Counted from the stretch's first letter, positions 37,484 to 46,966 are shown. The stretch is 64,000 bases of DNA from Methylophilales bacterium (GCA_021414145.1 JAIOOY010000017.1:2631-66630), one strand, 5' to 3'. Numbers and translations are program-made. Notes: generated by a model from the sequence alone, not told the origin.

Positions 37484-38416
37484 TTAGGCTGCCTGCGCCA
37501 CTAGGCCTTTTGGTAAGGGGAAAACCACGGTTTCGGTAATCCCATCCAGATTTTTTACCGTATTCGCCCCCAGTTCTTGCAATCGCGCAATCACCTCTTG
37601 AACCAACACTTCCGGAGCTGAAGCACCCGCGGTCACGCCGATATGTTGTTTTCCATTCAGCCAATTAGGGTCAAGCTCTTTGGCGGTATCAACCATATAA
37701 GACGCGATTCCCTGATTCAACGCCACTTCACGCAACCGGTTAGAGTTTGAGCTATTTGGCGAACCAACCACGATAATCAAGTCGCAATGCTTAATCATGT
37801 TCTTCACCGCGTCTTGACGGTTTTGCGTGGCGTAACAAATGCTGTCACTTCTGGGTGCTGCTATATCGGGGAAACGTGCTTTCAGAGCCTCCACCACCTT
37901 GGCAGCGTCGTCCATAGACAGCGTGGTCTGCGTAATGTAAGCCAACTTATGCGGATCGTTAACCTCAAGCTTGGTCACGTCTTCCGGAGTTTCCACCAGA
38001 TACATGCGACCTTCGCCCTGACCCATGGTGCCTTCTACTTCGGGGTGGCCTTTGTGACCGATAAGAATGATCTCTTGCCCGTTGGCATGCATTCTGTTGA
38101 CTTCAATGTGAACCTTGGTCACTAGTGGGCAGGTGGCATCAAACACACGCAGGCCGCGAGTTTCTGCATCGTGGCGTACCGCTTGGGAAACACCGTGAGC
38201 GCTGAAAATGACGGTGTTACCAGCAGGAATTTCGTCCAGGTCTTCAATGAATACTGCGCCTTTGCGCTTCAGGTCGTCTACGACGAATTTGTTGTGTACC
38301 ACTTCATGCCGCACGTAAATAGGCGCGCCATAGCGCTCCAAGGCTTGCTCAACAATAATGATGGCGCGGTCAACACCGGCACAGAATCCACGGGGGTTTG
38401 CTAGTAATACTTCCAT
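37484..38416 (-). CDS. ispH: 4-hydroxy-3-methylbut-2-enyl diphosphate reductase
   Basis: 310 aa. [31 protein letters not shown]. Confidence 0.95.
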   Translation of the reverse strand: MEVLLANPRGFCAGVDRAIIIVEQALERYGAPIYVRHEVVHNKFVVDDLKRKGAVFIEDLDEIPAGNTVIFSAHGVSQAVRHDAETRGLRVFDATCPLVTKVHIEVNRMHANGQEIILIGHKGHPEVEGTMGQGEGRMYLVETPEDVTKLEVNDPHKLAYITQTTLSMDDAAKVVEALKARFPDIAAPRSDSICYATQNRQDAVKNMIKHCDLIIVVGSPNSSNSNRLREVALNQGIASYMVDTAKELDPNWLNGKQHIGVTAGASAPEVLVQEVIARLQELGANTVKNLDGITETVVFPLPKGLVAQAA

Positions 38417-38552
38417 TGTTATGACTTCCTAACCTATTGACTGCGTGAGCGGATTATAAATACCCGTTGATTGTCCTAGAATTAACTTAGCACGGCAATA
38501 CATCGAATGAAACGATTATAATGCGCGGCATCTTCTTTGACGTTTGTTTGCT

Positions 38553-39407
38553 ATGAAAAATACCGCGACTTTGTTAATCAATTGCCCTGATCGCAAGGGT
38601 TTGGTGGCGGCGATTGCCGATTTTTTGTATCGCCACAATGCCAATATTTTGCACGCCGATCAGCATCAAGATGCCGAACAGAATCTGTTTTTGATGCGTG
38701 TAGAATGGGATTTGACGGGCTTTTCCCTAGATCCCAATCAGTTTGAACGAGCGTTTGCCCCCATCGCCGAAAAGTTCGAGATGCACTGGCAATTGAAACT
38801 CGCCAGCCGCAAACCTAAAATCGCCATTTTCGTCTCCAAGTATGACCATTGTTTAACCGACCTGCTACACCGTCATCAAAGTGGAGAGTTGGATTGCGAT
38901 ATTCCACTGATTATCAGTAACCATCCTGACACTAAGCGCTTGGCGGATTTCTACGGTATTCCATTTCATGTGATAACCGTCAGTAAAGAGAACAAAGTTG
39001 AAGCAGAAGCTGCACAGTTTGCACTGCTTGATGCCCACGATATTGATCTGATTGTGCTGGCGCGCTATATGCAAGTGCTATCGTCCAATTTTGTGGCACG
39101 TTATCCCAGCCGCATTATCAACATTCACCACTCTTTCTTGCCCGCGTTTATTGGCGCAAAACCTTATCATCGGGCATTTGAGCGCGGTGTTAAGCTTATC
39201 GGAGCCACCAGCCATTATGTGACCGAAGTACTGGACGAAGGGCCGATTATCGAACAAGACTTGGCGCGCATTTCGCACCGCGATCAGCTAGAAGACTTGA
39301 TTCATAAGGGCAGGGATTTGGAGAAAGTAGTGCTGTCCCGCGCAGTGCGTTGGCATATCGAAAATCGAATTTTGCTTTATGCCAATAAGACGGTTATTTT
39401 TGACTAG
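38553..39407 (+). CDS. purU: Formyltetrahydrofolate deformylase
   Basis: 284 aa from ATG 38553. N-terminal ACT domain (LLINCPDRKGLVAAIADFL) and a formyltransferase core (INIHHSFLPAF.GA.PYHRA). Confidence 0.95.
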   Translation: MKNTATLLINCPDRKGLVAAIADFLYRHNANILHADQHQDAEQNLFLMRVEWDLTGFSLDPNQFERAFAPIAEKFEMHWQLKLASRKPKIAIFVSKYDHCLTDLLHRHQSGELDCDIPLIISNHPDTKRLADFYGIPFHVITVSKENKVEAEAAQFALLDAHDIDLIVLARYMQVLSSNFVARYPSRIINIHHSFLPAFIGAKPYHRAFERGVKLIGATSHYVTEVLDEGPIIEQDLARISHRDQLEDLIHKGRDLEKVVLSRAVRWHIENRILLYANKTVIFD

Positions 39408-39424
39408 CTTAGATTTTGGACGAT

Positions 39425-39459
39425 AAAAAGGCGGAGAGCTAAGGAGCCTCCGCCTTTTT
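39425..39459. terminator. Bidirectional rho-independent terminator between purU and the lysA operon
   Basis: AAAAA-GGCGGAG(A)GCT-aagg-AGCCTCCGCC-TTTTT, read directly. It has an A-tract on one side and a T-tract on the other. Confidence 0.75.
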
Positions 39460-39482
39460 ATTTAATCAGTGTCAACGGTGTA

Positions 39483-39626
39483 TTAGTTGCCGCCTTCTTC
39501 CATCAGTGGTGGTAATGGCTCTTCCGTAGAAGCGGAGCCGTCATCAGCCATTTCATCAGCAAAAGCAAGTCCTACAGAGAACAGTGACATCATAGCCAGC
39601 AGTAGAGCTAAAAGCGATTTCTTCAT
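39483..39626 (-). CDS. Unlisted 47-aa secreted acidic peptide
   Basis: Below the ORF-track size cut-off. My translation is MKKSLLALLLAMMSLFSVGLAFADEMADDGSASTEEPLPPLMEEGGN. GGAGAG SD. Signal-peptide-like N-terminus with an AFA/D cleavage context. Lies between lysA and the terminator. Confidence 0.45.
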   Translation of the reverse strand: MKKSLLALLLAMMSLFSVGLAFADEMADDGSASTEEPLPPLMEEGGN

Positions 39627-39708
39627 TTGCGTCTCTCCGTTAAATTTTGATAGTTATAAATTGGTGCTACGAGGGGAAATTTACGCCAAATTTTTGCGGT
39701 TGACAACC

Positions 39709-40953
39709 CTATTTTAGGGTAGTTTCTAATGCGATTAACGCAGTCACAGTTTCTCTCTCCCGCACTAGATAAACCTCGTTGCCATCCACCATCACTTCGG
39801 CCACGCGCGGACGAGTATTGTAGTTGGAGCTCATGCTCATACCATAAGCGCCTGCCGACATCACCGCCAGCAAGTCACCTTCTTCCAGGCACAGTTTGCG
39901 GTCGTGACCGAGAAAGTCGCCGCTCTCACACACTGGGCCCACGATTTCATAATTGGTGGTCTGCCCGATACGCGGCTCAACCGGAACAATGTCATGCCAT
40001 GCGTCATAGAGTGCTGGACGCATCAGGTCATTCATAGCAGCATCAACAATGGCAAAATTTTTAGCATCGCCCGGCTTAAGGTATTCTACTTTGGTCAATA
40101 ACACTCCGGCGTTGCCTACAAGTGCACGGCCCGGCTCTAACAATAATTTGAATTTACGGTTGGCTAATTTGGCCAGCAGCGCTTGTGCATACACCGCAAT
40201 TTCAGGCGGGGTTTCGTCTTGATAGCGTATGCCAACGCCACCGCCCAAGTCGAGATGTGAAATTGATATGCCAACGGTTTCTAGCTTATCTACCAGCAGT
40301 AATACGCGGTCAAGTGCGGCCAAAAAAGGCGCGATTTCGGTGAGTTGGGAGCCGATGTGGCAATCCACGCCATGCACGGCGATATTAGGCATTGCGGCAG
40401 CTTGAGTGTAGAGCTCAAATGCATTTTCCAACGCAACTCCAAACTTGTTGTTTTTTAAGCCGGTAGAAATGTAGGGGTGGGTCTTGGCATCCACGTCCGG
40501 ATTGACGCGCAGCGATACCGGAGCCACTTTTCCCATTTCACCCGCCACACGGTTGAGGCGGTTCAGTTCGCTTTCTGATTCCACGTTAAAGCAAAAAATT
40601 CCCGCCCCAAGCGCTTGCCGCATTTCATCCACGGATTTGCCAATGCCAGAAAATACGATTTTTTTCGCATCACCGCCTGCCGCCAGCACCCGTGCTAACT
40701 CTCCGCCGGAGACGATGTCAAAACCAGCGCCAAGCTTGGCAAAGGTGTTCAGCACAGCCAAATTAGAATTGGCTTTTACTGCATAACAAATGAGGTGGTC
40801 AAACGCAGCGAAGCCTTCGTTGAATTGGCGCAGCGTCTCGGTTAGCGCAGCACGAGAATACACGTAGCAAGGCGTACCAAATTTTTCGGCGATATTGGAT
40901 AAAGCTACGCTCTCGGCGCACAACTCGCCACCTCGATTAACAAATGGACTCAT
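39709..40953 (-). CDS. lysA: Diaminopimelate decarboxylase
   Basis: 414 aa. PLP Lys context YAVKANSN, HIGSQ, and CESGD near the C-terminus. Confidence 0.95.
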   Translation of the reverse strand: MSPFVNRGGELCAESVALSNIAEKFGTPCYVYSRAALTETLRQFNEGFAAFDHLICYAVKANSNLAVLNTFAKLGAGFDIVSGGELARVLAAGGDAKKIVFSGIGKSVDEMRQALGAGIFCFNVESESELNRLNRVAGEMGKVAPVSLRVNPDVDAKTHPYISTGLKNNKFGVALENAFELYTQAAAMPNIAVHGVDCHIGSQLTEIAPFLAALDRVLLLVDKLETVGISISHLDLGGGVGIRYQDETPPEIAVYAQALLAKLANRKFKLLLEPGRALVGNAGVLLTKVEYLKPGDAKNFAIVDAAMNDLMRPALYDAWHDIVPVEPRIGQTTNYEIVGPVCESGDFLGHDRKLCLEEGDLLAVMSAGAYGMSMSSNYNTRPRVAEVMVDGNEVYLVRERETVTALIALETTLK

Positions 40954-41066
40954 TTATTTTCCTGCGTGGGTTGCGGATATTGCTTCTCAGGAAGATAGAG
41001 CGGCCCTTTAGCGCCACAAGCACTCAACAGCAAAGTGAATATCAAGGCGAACAGAATTTTTTTCAT
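40950..41066 (-). CDS. lptM: Unlisted 38-aa lipoprotein, LptM (YifL)-like
   Basis: My translation is MKKILFALIFTLLLSACGAKGPLYLPEKQYPQPTQENK. It has a lipobox LSAC followed by G.KGPLYLP, the conserved LptM/YifL signature. ATGA overlap with lysA. The position upstream of lysA/dapF is typical for this gene. Confidence 0.65.
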   Translation of the reverse strand: MKKILFALIFTLLLSACGAKGPLYLPEKQYPQPTQENK

Positions 41067-41077
41067 GTCGAATTCCT

Positions 41078-41842
41078 TTAGTACAGTTGTTCTAATATTT
41101 GCGGCTCCGGCAGTTGCGGCATAGGCATTGACGGCGCTTTATCAACCTTATCTGGCAGATGCACATTGGGTGGAAGCTTGGACGTATCTGACGAATCTTC
41201 ATTGGTGGTACTAGGCTTTATCGTTTTGAGCGGCGTGATATTGTTGGCTCTGGGTGCGATAGGTTTTTGTATCGGACTTTTGCCTGAACGTACAGGTGGC
41301 GCAGGCGGATTATTTGCTGTATTGGGTGCTGGGGATGTTGTCGGCGCGGCAGCGGGTTTGGTTTCTTCTTTAGCCTTGGGTGCGTCTTTACCCATTTTGC
41401 TTTCTAATTCGGCGGTTTTTTGCTCCGCCAAAATGCGCGCCTCTTCTTGTTTGCGCCACACCATAGGGCACAACACAGCATCAAATTTATCACCTACGGT
41501 ATCCGGCACGATGGGCAAAGGTGCCGAATCATCCTGTGCCACGTAATCTACTGTATCACCCTTGGCTGAGTAATACAGATAGGTGAGTAATTTTGCGGTG
41601 TGCTCCCCGCAGTGTATACGCTCGCGCAAAATGCCCGATACCACCTCGCTACCATTATGAGCTTGCGGAGTTTTAAACTGCACTTTTTTCCAATAAGTGA
41701 TTTCGTCGTCCTTAATCACCAGTTTGCTTTTATCGTAAAAATACGAGTCGCCATTGGGAATAGGCGCCAGCGGCACCCAGTCGGCGGCCATTACCGCAGG
41801 ACTGATAAAAAGTAATGCCCAGAAATTAAAACAAACCCTCAT
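41078..41842 (-). CDS. Secreted protein with an adhesin-E-like N-terminal domain and a Pro/Ala/Lys-rich C-terminal half
   Basis: 254 aa. Signal peptide ending AVMA. The segment WVPL...YFYDKSKL...ITYWKKVQF...ERIHCGEHT...LLTYLYYS resembles the surface-adhesin-E fold family from memory. The tail is low complexity. Confidence 0.4.
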   Translation of the reverse strand: MRVCFNFWALLFISPAVMAADWVPLAPIPNGDSYFYDKSKLVIKDDEITYWKKVQFKTPQAHNGSEVVSGILRERIHCGEHTAKLLTYLYYSAKGDTVDYVAQDDSAPLPIVPDTVGDKFDAVLCPMVWRKQEEARILAEQKTAELESKMGKDAPKAKEETKPAAAPTTSPAPNTANNPPAPPVRSGKSPIQKPIAPRANNITPLKTIKPSTTNEDSSDTSKLPPNVHLPDKVDKAPSMPMPQLPEPQILEQLY

Positions 41843-42351
41843 GCAATGTCCTTTTTCAGCAATGTTGCTGTTACCAAGCCGTTAAGTGTACCAAACAGCA
41901 GTGCCGCTGCGGCAAACAACGGTACAAGATAGAGTAACCCGCTATGCGGAATCAACCACAGCCATACGACTAAAAGCTGCCCAGCAATATGGGCAAACGC
42001 CGCCAGCACGCTGTGACTGACCGCGCCGAAATACTTGGCAGGCAGGCGTGTCGACAGCCACAGCATGGCAAGGCTAGCTAGTGCGCCACTCAAACTCAGA
42101 ATAAATGTTGGCGATAAAAAATTGCCAAATAATAACCCTGCCGCAAACACACGCAGAAGACTCACCCACGCCGCTGTCCCTATGCCGTAACGATGTAGCG
42201 CATACAGCGTAACGATATTCGCGATACCGGGCTTCACTCCCGGCAGTGGCGAGGGCAACACCGCTTCCGCCAAGTGCAGCGCGATTGCGAGCGCTGCCAG
42301 CTTGGCAACTTGGTGATCGTTTACAGTAGTGTTAATAATTAAGGGAGTCAA
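41839..42351 (-). CDS. Gx transporter family protein (heptaprenyl diphosphate synthase component I-like membrane protein)
   Basis: 170 aa, 5 TM. Pattern LHLAEAVLPSPLPGVKPGIANIVTL. Sits in the conserved neighbourhood with NusG-II and ApbE. Confidence 0.6.
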   Translation of the reverse strand: MTPLIINTTVNDHQVAKLAALAIALHLAEAVLPSPLPGVKPGIANIVTLYALHRYGIGTAAWVSLLRVFAAGLLFGNFLSPTFILSLSGALASLAMLWLSTRLPAKYFGAVSHSVLAAFAHIAGQLLVVWLWLIPHSGLLYLVPLFAAAALLFGTLNGLVTATLLKKDIA

Positions 42352-42697
42352 AACGCTTTTCGCCTAAGAGTTCAACACTGATGCGGTTGGGTAGGCACAC
42401 GGCGGCCTGTCCGGCGCGGGAAAGCCAGCCCTGATGGACACAGTATTGGTTGTGGCAGGGCGATTCTATAAAACGTACTTTGCTGTGTTGAATGATAATT
42501 TGGCTGATGCCCAATGGACCTGTGACTTGCACGGTGCGGTCTTGATTGAGGCTCAACGTGGCAAAAATCTTGTCTCCGGTACGGATACGTACTTTGCTCG
42601 CAGGCTGATTGCTCCACAAACTTGTGAACAACCACAGCACAAGTGTAGCGGAAAACGCCAGTATCAAAAAGTCACCTGATTTGAGATTATTTTTCAA
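42332..42697 (-). CDS. NusG domain II-containing membrane-anchored protein (DUF1312)
   Basis: 121 aa. N-terminal TM, then a small beta domain (V.V.G..G...I.I......F..SPC.NQ.C...GW). Confidence 0.6.
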   Translation of the reverse strand: MKNNLKSGDFLILAFSATLVLWLFTSLWSNQPASKVRIRTGDKIFATLSLNQDRTVQVTGPLGISQIIIQHSKVRFIESPCHNQYCVHQGWLSRAGQAAVCLPNRISVELLGEKRFDSLNY

Positions 42698-43694
42698 AAT
42701 GCAGTTTCTGTTGCATGGCGGGGGTCAGCTCTACGTGACCCTGTGCGTCTATCAGCATGGCATTTGCCACCCCAAGTTTTGTCGCCATTTCTTTCCAGTG
42801 AGCTCTGCCAGAAATAAACAAGGGCTTAGATGCTGCATCCGACCAAGCTCCCGCGTTGGGAGAGGGCGGAATCAGCACGGTTACCGCCTGCACCCCCTGC
42901 GCTGGTTCGCCAGATCGCGGGTCGATGATGTGGCAAAAACGCTTGCCGTCACGCATAAAAAACCGTTGATAATCTCCCGAAGTGCCTATCGCCCAACCAT
43001 CGGGTAAATCCAGTGTGGCAATGGCTTGGGGTTTACGCGGATGCTGGATGCCCACATGCCACAGGCGCTCGCCATGTTGCCCCACGGCGATAATATTGCC
43101 GCCGATGTTAATCAGCGCTCCTTTAACTTTTTGTTCACGTAAGTAGCTGCTGGCTAAATCCAGTGCAGCACCTTTGGCATAGCCGCCTAAATCGAGCTTC
43201 ACTGCTTTGTTTTTGCTGGTCGCCACACCATTTTCAATCACAATGTTGCTCAAACTTGGCTTGGCATTCACCAGCGCTTGAATATCGTTGGTACTCGGTG
43301 ATACCGCCGTAAAATCATCCCGTTGAAACCCCCACAAACCAATCAAACCGCCAATAGCAGGGTTAAATAAACCATCAGATGCAACAGATATTCTTGTTGC
43401 CTCTATCAACATCTGCGCCAGTTCTTGGCTGATGGGTAAAGACTGACCCGCCGCAAACACCGCGTTTAGTTTGGATAAATCGCTAGGCTGCCAAGCATGG
43501 AGCTGATTATGTAATCGCTGGAATTCTTGTTGGATGTGGCCTGCCAACTCTGCGGCGCGAGCATCCGATTCGCCATAGATGCTGATGTCCACCAATGTAC
43601 CGAAGACGTAACTTTGGCTTTGGTAAAGCGGTTCGCGCCCACAGTTGACAAGAAAAAACGCAATCCACACTAACCATAAGCAGCGATGGCGCAT
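42687..43694 (-). CDS. apbE: FAD:protein FMN transferase ApbE
   Basis: 335 aa. Lipoprotein-like N-terminus (FFLVNCG). GTLVDI, DLGGYAKG and GTSGDYQRF motifs. Confidence 0.9.
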   Translation of the reverse strand: MRHRCLWLVWIAFFLVNCGREPLYQSQSYVFGTLVDISIYGESDARAAELAGHIQQEFQRLHNQLHAWQPSDLSKLNAVFAAGQSLPISQELAQMLIEATRISVASDGLFNPAIGGLIGLWGFQRDDFTAVSPSTNDIQALVNAKPSLSNIVIENGVATSKNKAVKLDLGGYAKGAALDLASSYLREQKVKGALINIGGNIIAVGQHGERLWHVGIQHPRKPQAIATLDLPDGWAIGTSGDYQRFFMRDGKRFCHIIDPRSGEPAQGVQAVTVLIPPSPNAGAWSDAASKPLFISGRAHWKEMATKLGVANAMLIDAQGHVELTPAMQQKLHFEK

Positions 43695-43698
43695 ACGG

Positions 43699-44628
43699 TT
43701 AAGCGCTTTTTTCTAGTGCATCCACAAATAAAACCGCGGGCTTACATTCGCTCTGCACGGCAATCTCCACCATGCACGTCGGGCTGGTGACATTGATTTC
43801 GGTTAAATAATCACCTATCACATCTAGCCCCACCAGAAACAAACCACGTTCACGCAATGTTGATCCCAAGGCTTGCGCGATTTCTCGGTCGCGTTGAGAT
43901 AACAATTGGGCGCGTCCTGTACCGCCTGCAGCTAGATTGCCACGCGTTTCTCCTGCTTTTGGGATGCGTGCCAAGGCATAAGGCACGGCTTCGCCGTTGA
44001 TCATCAATATGCGTTTGTCACCATCTTTAATTTCCGGCAAATAGCGTTGCGCCATCACGGTGCGTTGTTCCAACTGGGTGATGGTTTCTAGAATAACCCC
44101 TATATTCGGGTCGTCGTGTTTCAGGCGAAACACTCCGCTGCCGCCCATACCATCGAGCGGTTTCACCACGATGTCGCCGTGATCTGCCAAAAATTCGCGC
44201 ATCAAGCTCATATGGCGTGTCACCACAAATGGTGGGGCGAATTCGGCAAACTGGGCGATTGAGAGTTTTTCATTAAAATCGCGGATGCTAGAGGGACGGT
44301 TAAAAACCTTAGCACCTTGTTGTTCAGCCAGTTCCAGCAAATAGGTGCTGTAAATGTATTCCATGTCAAACGGCGGGTCCTTACGCATCAGTACTGCGTC
44401 AAAATCTTGCAAGGACGTGGATGTTGGCTCGCCGGTAAGATAAGTGGCTGATTGGAAGGCAAAGGTTTTGCAATAGGCACTCACCTGATTGCCACGTAGC
44501 ACCAAATCACCTTGTTCAGCGACGAACAACGCATGCCCGCGTGAAGCAGCTTCGCGCATGATGGCGAGGCTGGTGTCTTTTTTTGGGTTGAGGCTGGTGA
44601 GTGGATCTAGAATGACGAGGAGGCGCAT
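43699..44628 (-). CDS. gshB: Glutathione synthetase (prokaryotic ATP-grasp)
   Basis: 309 aa. Close to E. coli GshB: MRKDPPFDMEYIYSTYLLE, VVKPLDGMGG, YLTEINVTSPT. Confidence 0.95.
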   Translation of the reverse strand: MRLLVILDPLTSLNPKKDTSLAIMREAASRGHALFVAEQGDLVLRGNQVSAYCKTFAFQSATYLTGEPTSTSLQDFDAVLMRKDPPFDMEYIYSTYLLELAEQQGAKVFNRPSSIRDFNEKLSIAQFAEFAPPFVVTRHMSLMREFLADHGDIVVKPLDGMGGSGVFRLKHDDPNIGVILETITQLEQRTVMAQRYLPEIKDGDKRILMINGEAVPYALARIPKAGETRGNLAAGGTGRAQLLSQRDREIAQALGSTLRERGLFLVGLDVIGDYLTEINVTSPTCMVEIAVQSECKPAVLFVDALEKSA

Positions 44629-44640
44629 GAGTTGAATTTC

Positions 44641-45921
44641 TTACTGGGCTTCTGGGTCAGTCAGTTCCAATTCAATCGCCGCCGCCAACAACGCCATACG
44701 TGCCACCACGCCATACGCATAAAACCGATTGGGAGGCGCGTCAGGATTGCCTTTGCTGTCAGGCATTGAGCACGCGGTATCAAAAGCCAATGGTACAAAA
44801 TGCATACCCGGTGCGTTGAGGTTTTCATCCACGCCGCGCCCAGTATGTACGCGGTAAAAACCACCTATGACAAAGTGGTCCATCATATACACCACAGGCT
44901 CGGCAACGGCCTCATTGATATTTTCGAAGGTATAAACCCCCTCTTGGATGATGACTTCAGACACCTCCATGCCTTCCTTCACCACCGACATTTTGTTACG
45001 TTGTTTGCGGTTCAAACCCTTCACATCGTCAGGACTTTTTACTGTCATGATGCCCATACCATAAGTACCGGCGTTGGCTTTAACGATAACAAAAGGGTCT
45101 TGTGTTACACCATATTCTTGGTATTTCACGCGGATTTTGCTGAGCAAATCCTCTACTTTGGCCGCCAAACACTCCTCGCCTATGCGTTCTTGAAAATTGA
45201 TTTCGTTACAAGTCGCAAAATACGGGTTAACCAGCCACGGGTCTATGTTCAGCAAAGCTGCGAAGTCATTCGCCACGCCGTCATAGGCCGCAAAATGCTG
45301 GGATTTACGCCGAGTGGCCCAGCCTGCATGCAAAGGAGGAATGACGTTTTGCTCCAAGTTTTGCAAAATCTCAGGAATACCACCGGATAAATCGTTATTC
45401 AACACCACTGCGCATGGATCAAAGCCTTCTGCAACCAGCCGGTTTCCTTTGCGCTGCACAGGTACAACTTCTAGCATTTGTCCATCGCCGCAGTCTAGAG
45501 CTGTAGGTGCGGCAATCTCCGGTGAAATGCTGCCTATACGCAGTTCCAGACCGGCTTGTCGCAGGATGTTGGCGAGCGCTGCCACATTGCGTAGGTAATA
45601 AGTATTGCGGGTGTGATTTTCAGGAATCAGCATGAAGCGTCGCGCTTCAGGGCATATCTTTTCGATAGCCGACATGGCAGCTTGCACTGATAACGGTAGA
45701 AATTCAGGGCTTAAATTATTAAAGCCGCCGGGGAAAAGATTGGTATCTACGGGCGCTAATTTGAAGCCGCTATTGCGTAAATCTACTGAGGCATAAAAAG
45801 GAGAGCTGTGTTCCAGCCACTGAGTGCGGAACCAATGTTCGATTTGCGATTGTGCGCCCAAGATGCGGCGCTCTAGTTGCAACAGGGGGCCGGTTAGGGC
45901 GGTAGTAAGATGGGGAACCAT
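44641..45921 (-). CDS. gshA: Glutamate-cysteine ligase (the ~430-aa proteobacterial family distinct from E. coli GshA)
   Basis: 426 aa, directly upstream of gshB. The sequence pattern (FYASVDLRNSGFKLAPVDTNLFPGGFNNL) matches the family I remember as the T. ferrooxidans-type GshA. Confidence 0.8.
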   Translation of the reverse strand: MVPHLTTALTGPLLQLERRILGAQSQIEHWFRTQWLEHSSPFYASVDLRNSGFKLAPVDTNLFPGGFNNLSPEFLPLSVQAAMSAIEKICPEARRFMLIPENHTRNTYYLRNVAALANILRQAGLELRIGSISPEIAAPTALDCGDGQMLEVVPVQRKGNRLVAEGFDPCAVVLNNDLSGGIPEILQNLEQNVIPPLHAGWATRRKSQHFAAYDGVANDFAALLNIDPWLVNPYFATCNEINFQERIGEECLAAKVEDLLSKIRVKYQEYGVTQDPFVIVKANAGTYGMGIMTVKSPDDVKGLNRKQRNKMSVVKEGMEVSEVIIQEGVYTFENINEAVAEPVVYMMDHFVIGGFYRVHTGRGVDENLNAPGMHFVPLAFDTACSMPDSKGNPDAPPNRFYAYGVVARMALLAAAIELELTDPEAQ

Positions 45922-45953
45922 AGGGGAATTCTAACATGCCAAACCTCTTGTCG

Positions 45954-46238
45954 TTATGCACCCCGCTTAAAGTGTTCACTGCGGTAGCGCGCCCAATAAT
46001 AGGCATCCATGACCGACAAGGTATAAATGAAAATGCCGCCGGAGAATTTTCCTATCATGGAAATTTCCGGAGCAGCCAAGTTGAAGGTTATCACACCTAA
46101 CATGAGCATGAAAAAAAGCATCATCAAGCCGCGCAATGGCGTGTTATTCAACACCTGTCCCATGCCGGGTAGCAGAATCGCAACCAGCATTACGATGTGC
46201 GGGTTTAAGGGTGGTTTGACGTTGGGCTCAGTGCTCAT
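45954..46238 (-). CDS. Hypothetical small membrane protein (2-3 TM)
   Basis: 94 aa. Segments VMLVAILLPGMGQVLNN and LMMLFFMLMLGVITF. Overlaps the upstream ORF by 11 nt. Confidence 0.4.
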   Translation of the reverse strand: MSTEPNVKPPLNPHIVMLVAILLPGMGQVLNNTPLRGLMMLFFMLMLGVITFNLAAPEISMIGKFSGGIFIYTLSVMDAYYWARYRSEHFKRGA

Positions 46239-46893
46239 TAGGGGCTCCTTCTAAGTCGTGAAGTATAGCTATGGCACGCTCCAGCAAAGCTTGCGTCGTT
46301 ACTTGCGCTATGGGGCTATGGTCAAAATTGGTGCTGCGTAGCAGCAAATACTCACCTCGCTCAGCCTGTTTCGCTTGATAGCTAAGACGTACCGCAACAG
46401 GCATCAATAATAACTCTTTGGCTTTTTCATCGCTGAAAAATGTACGCACATGGGTATCCAACATCTGTAAATCAGGCGGTGCATCTTGTGTGCGATAAAT
46501 GGCATGGATAGGCCACTCCGGCAAAGGTTGCACGCGGCCATCCCAAGTCCAAGAAGGACTGTAGAATTCGGTATTCTGTGGTCGTACCAGTATATCCAGC
46601 GACCCTTCAATCGGGCTTCGCGCTTCTGCGACAACATGTAGCCACAGCGAAGGGATCTTGCGCATCGTCATGTGGTCTTCTTCCAGCACCAAGCGTACTC
46701 TGTAGCCATGAAAGTCGCCTTCCAGCTTGGCATAACCAGCTTCACTTCTGCTCAAGCTTGGATTTTGTAACAGTGCGATGCACTCATCCAATAATTGAGT
46801 GCGCCCAGCTTGTGTCTGACGATGGTGATTGCGGTACATGCGCCACAAGATGACAGCGAACAGCGCGGCAAGGAGTGCTTTAGCAATAAGCAT
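46228..46893 (-). CDS. Hypothetical membrane-anchored protein
   Basis: 221 aa. One N-terminal TM (AKALLAALFAVILW) followed by a ~190-aa soluble domain. No family recognised, and the SD is poor. Confidence 0.4.
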   Translation of the reverse strand: MLIAKALLAALFAVILWRMYRNHHRQTQAGRTQLLDECIALLQNPSLSRSEAGYAKLEGDFHGYRVRLVLEEDHMTMRKIPSLWLHVVAEARSPIEGSLDILVRPQNTEFYSPSWTWDGRVQPLPEWPIHAIYRTQDAPPDLQMLDTHVRTFFSDEKAKELLLMPVAVRLSYQAKQAERGEYLLLRSTNFDHSPIAQVTTQALLERAIAILHDLEGAPNEH

Positions 46894-46904
46894 AAATAAT
46901 ATCC

Positions 46905-46937
46905 GGTAAAAAGAATGGCAGACCAGTTGGCCTGCCC
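46905..46937 (-). terminator. Rho-independent terminator after the APC permease gene
   Basis: On the minus strand: GGCAGGCC-AACT-GGTCTGCC followed by ATTCTTTTT, starting about 30 nt past the stop at 46967. Confidence 0.5.
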
Positions 46938-46966
46938 TTCGCTACTGCATTAAAACACGATGCCGA

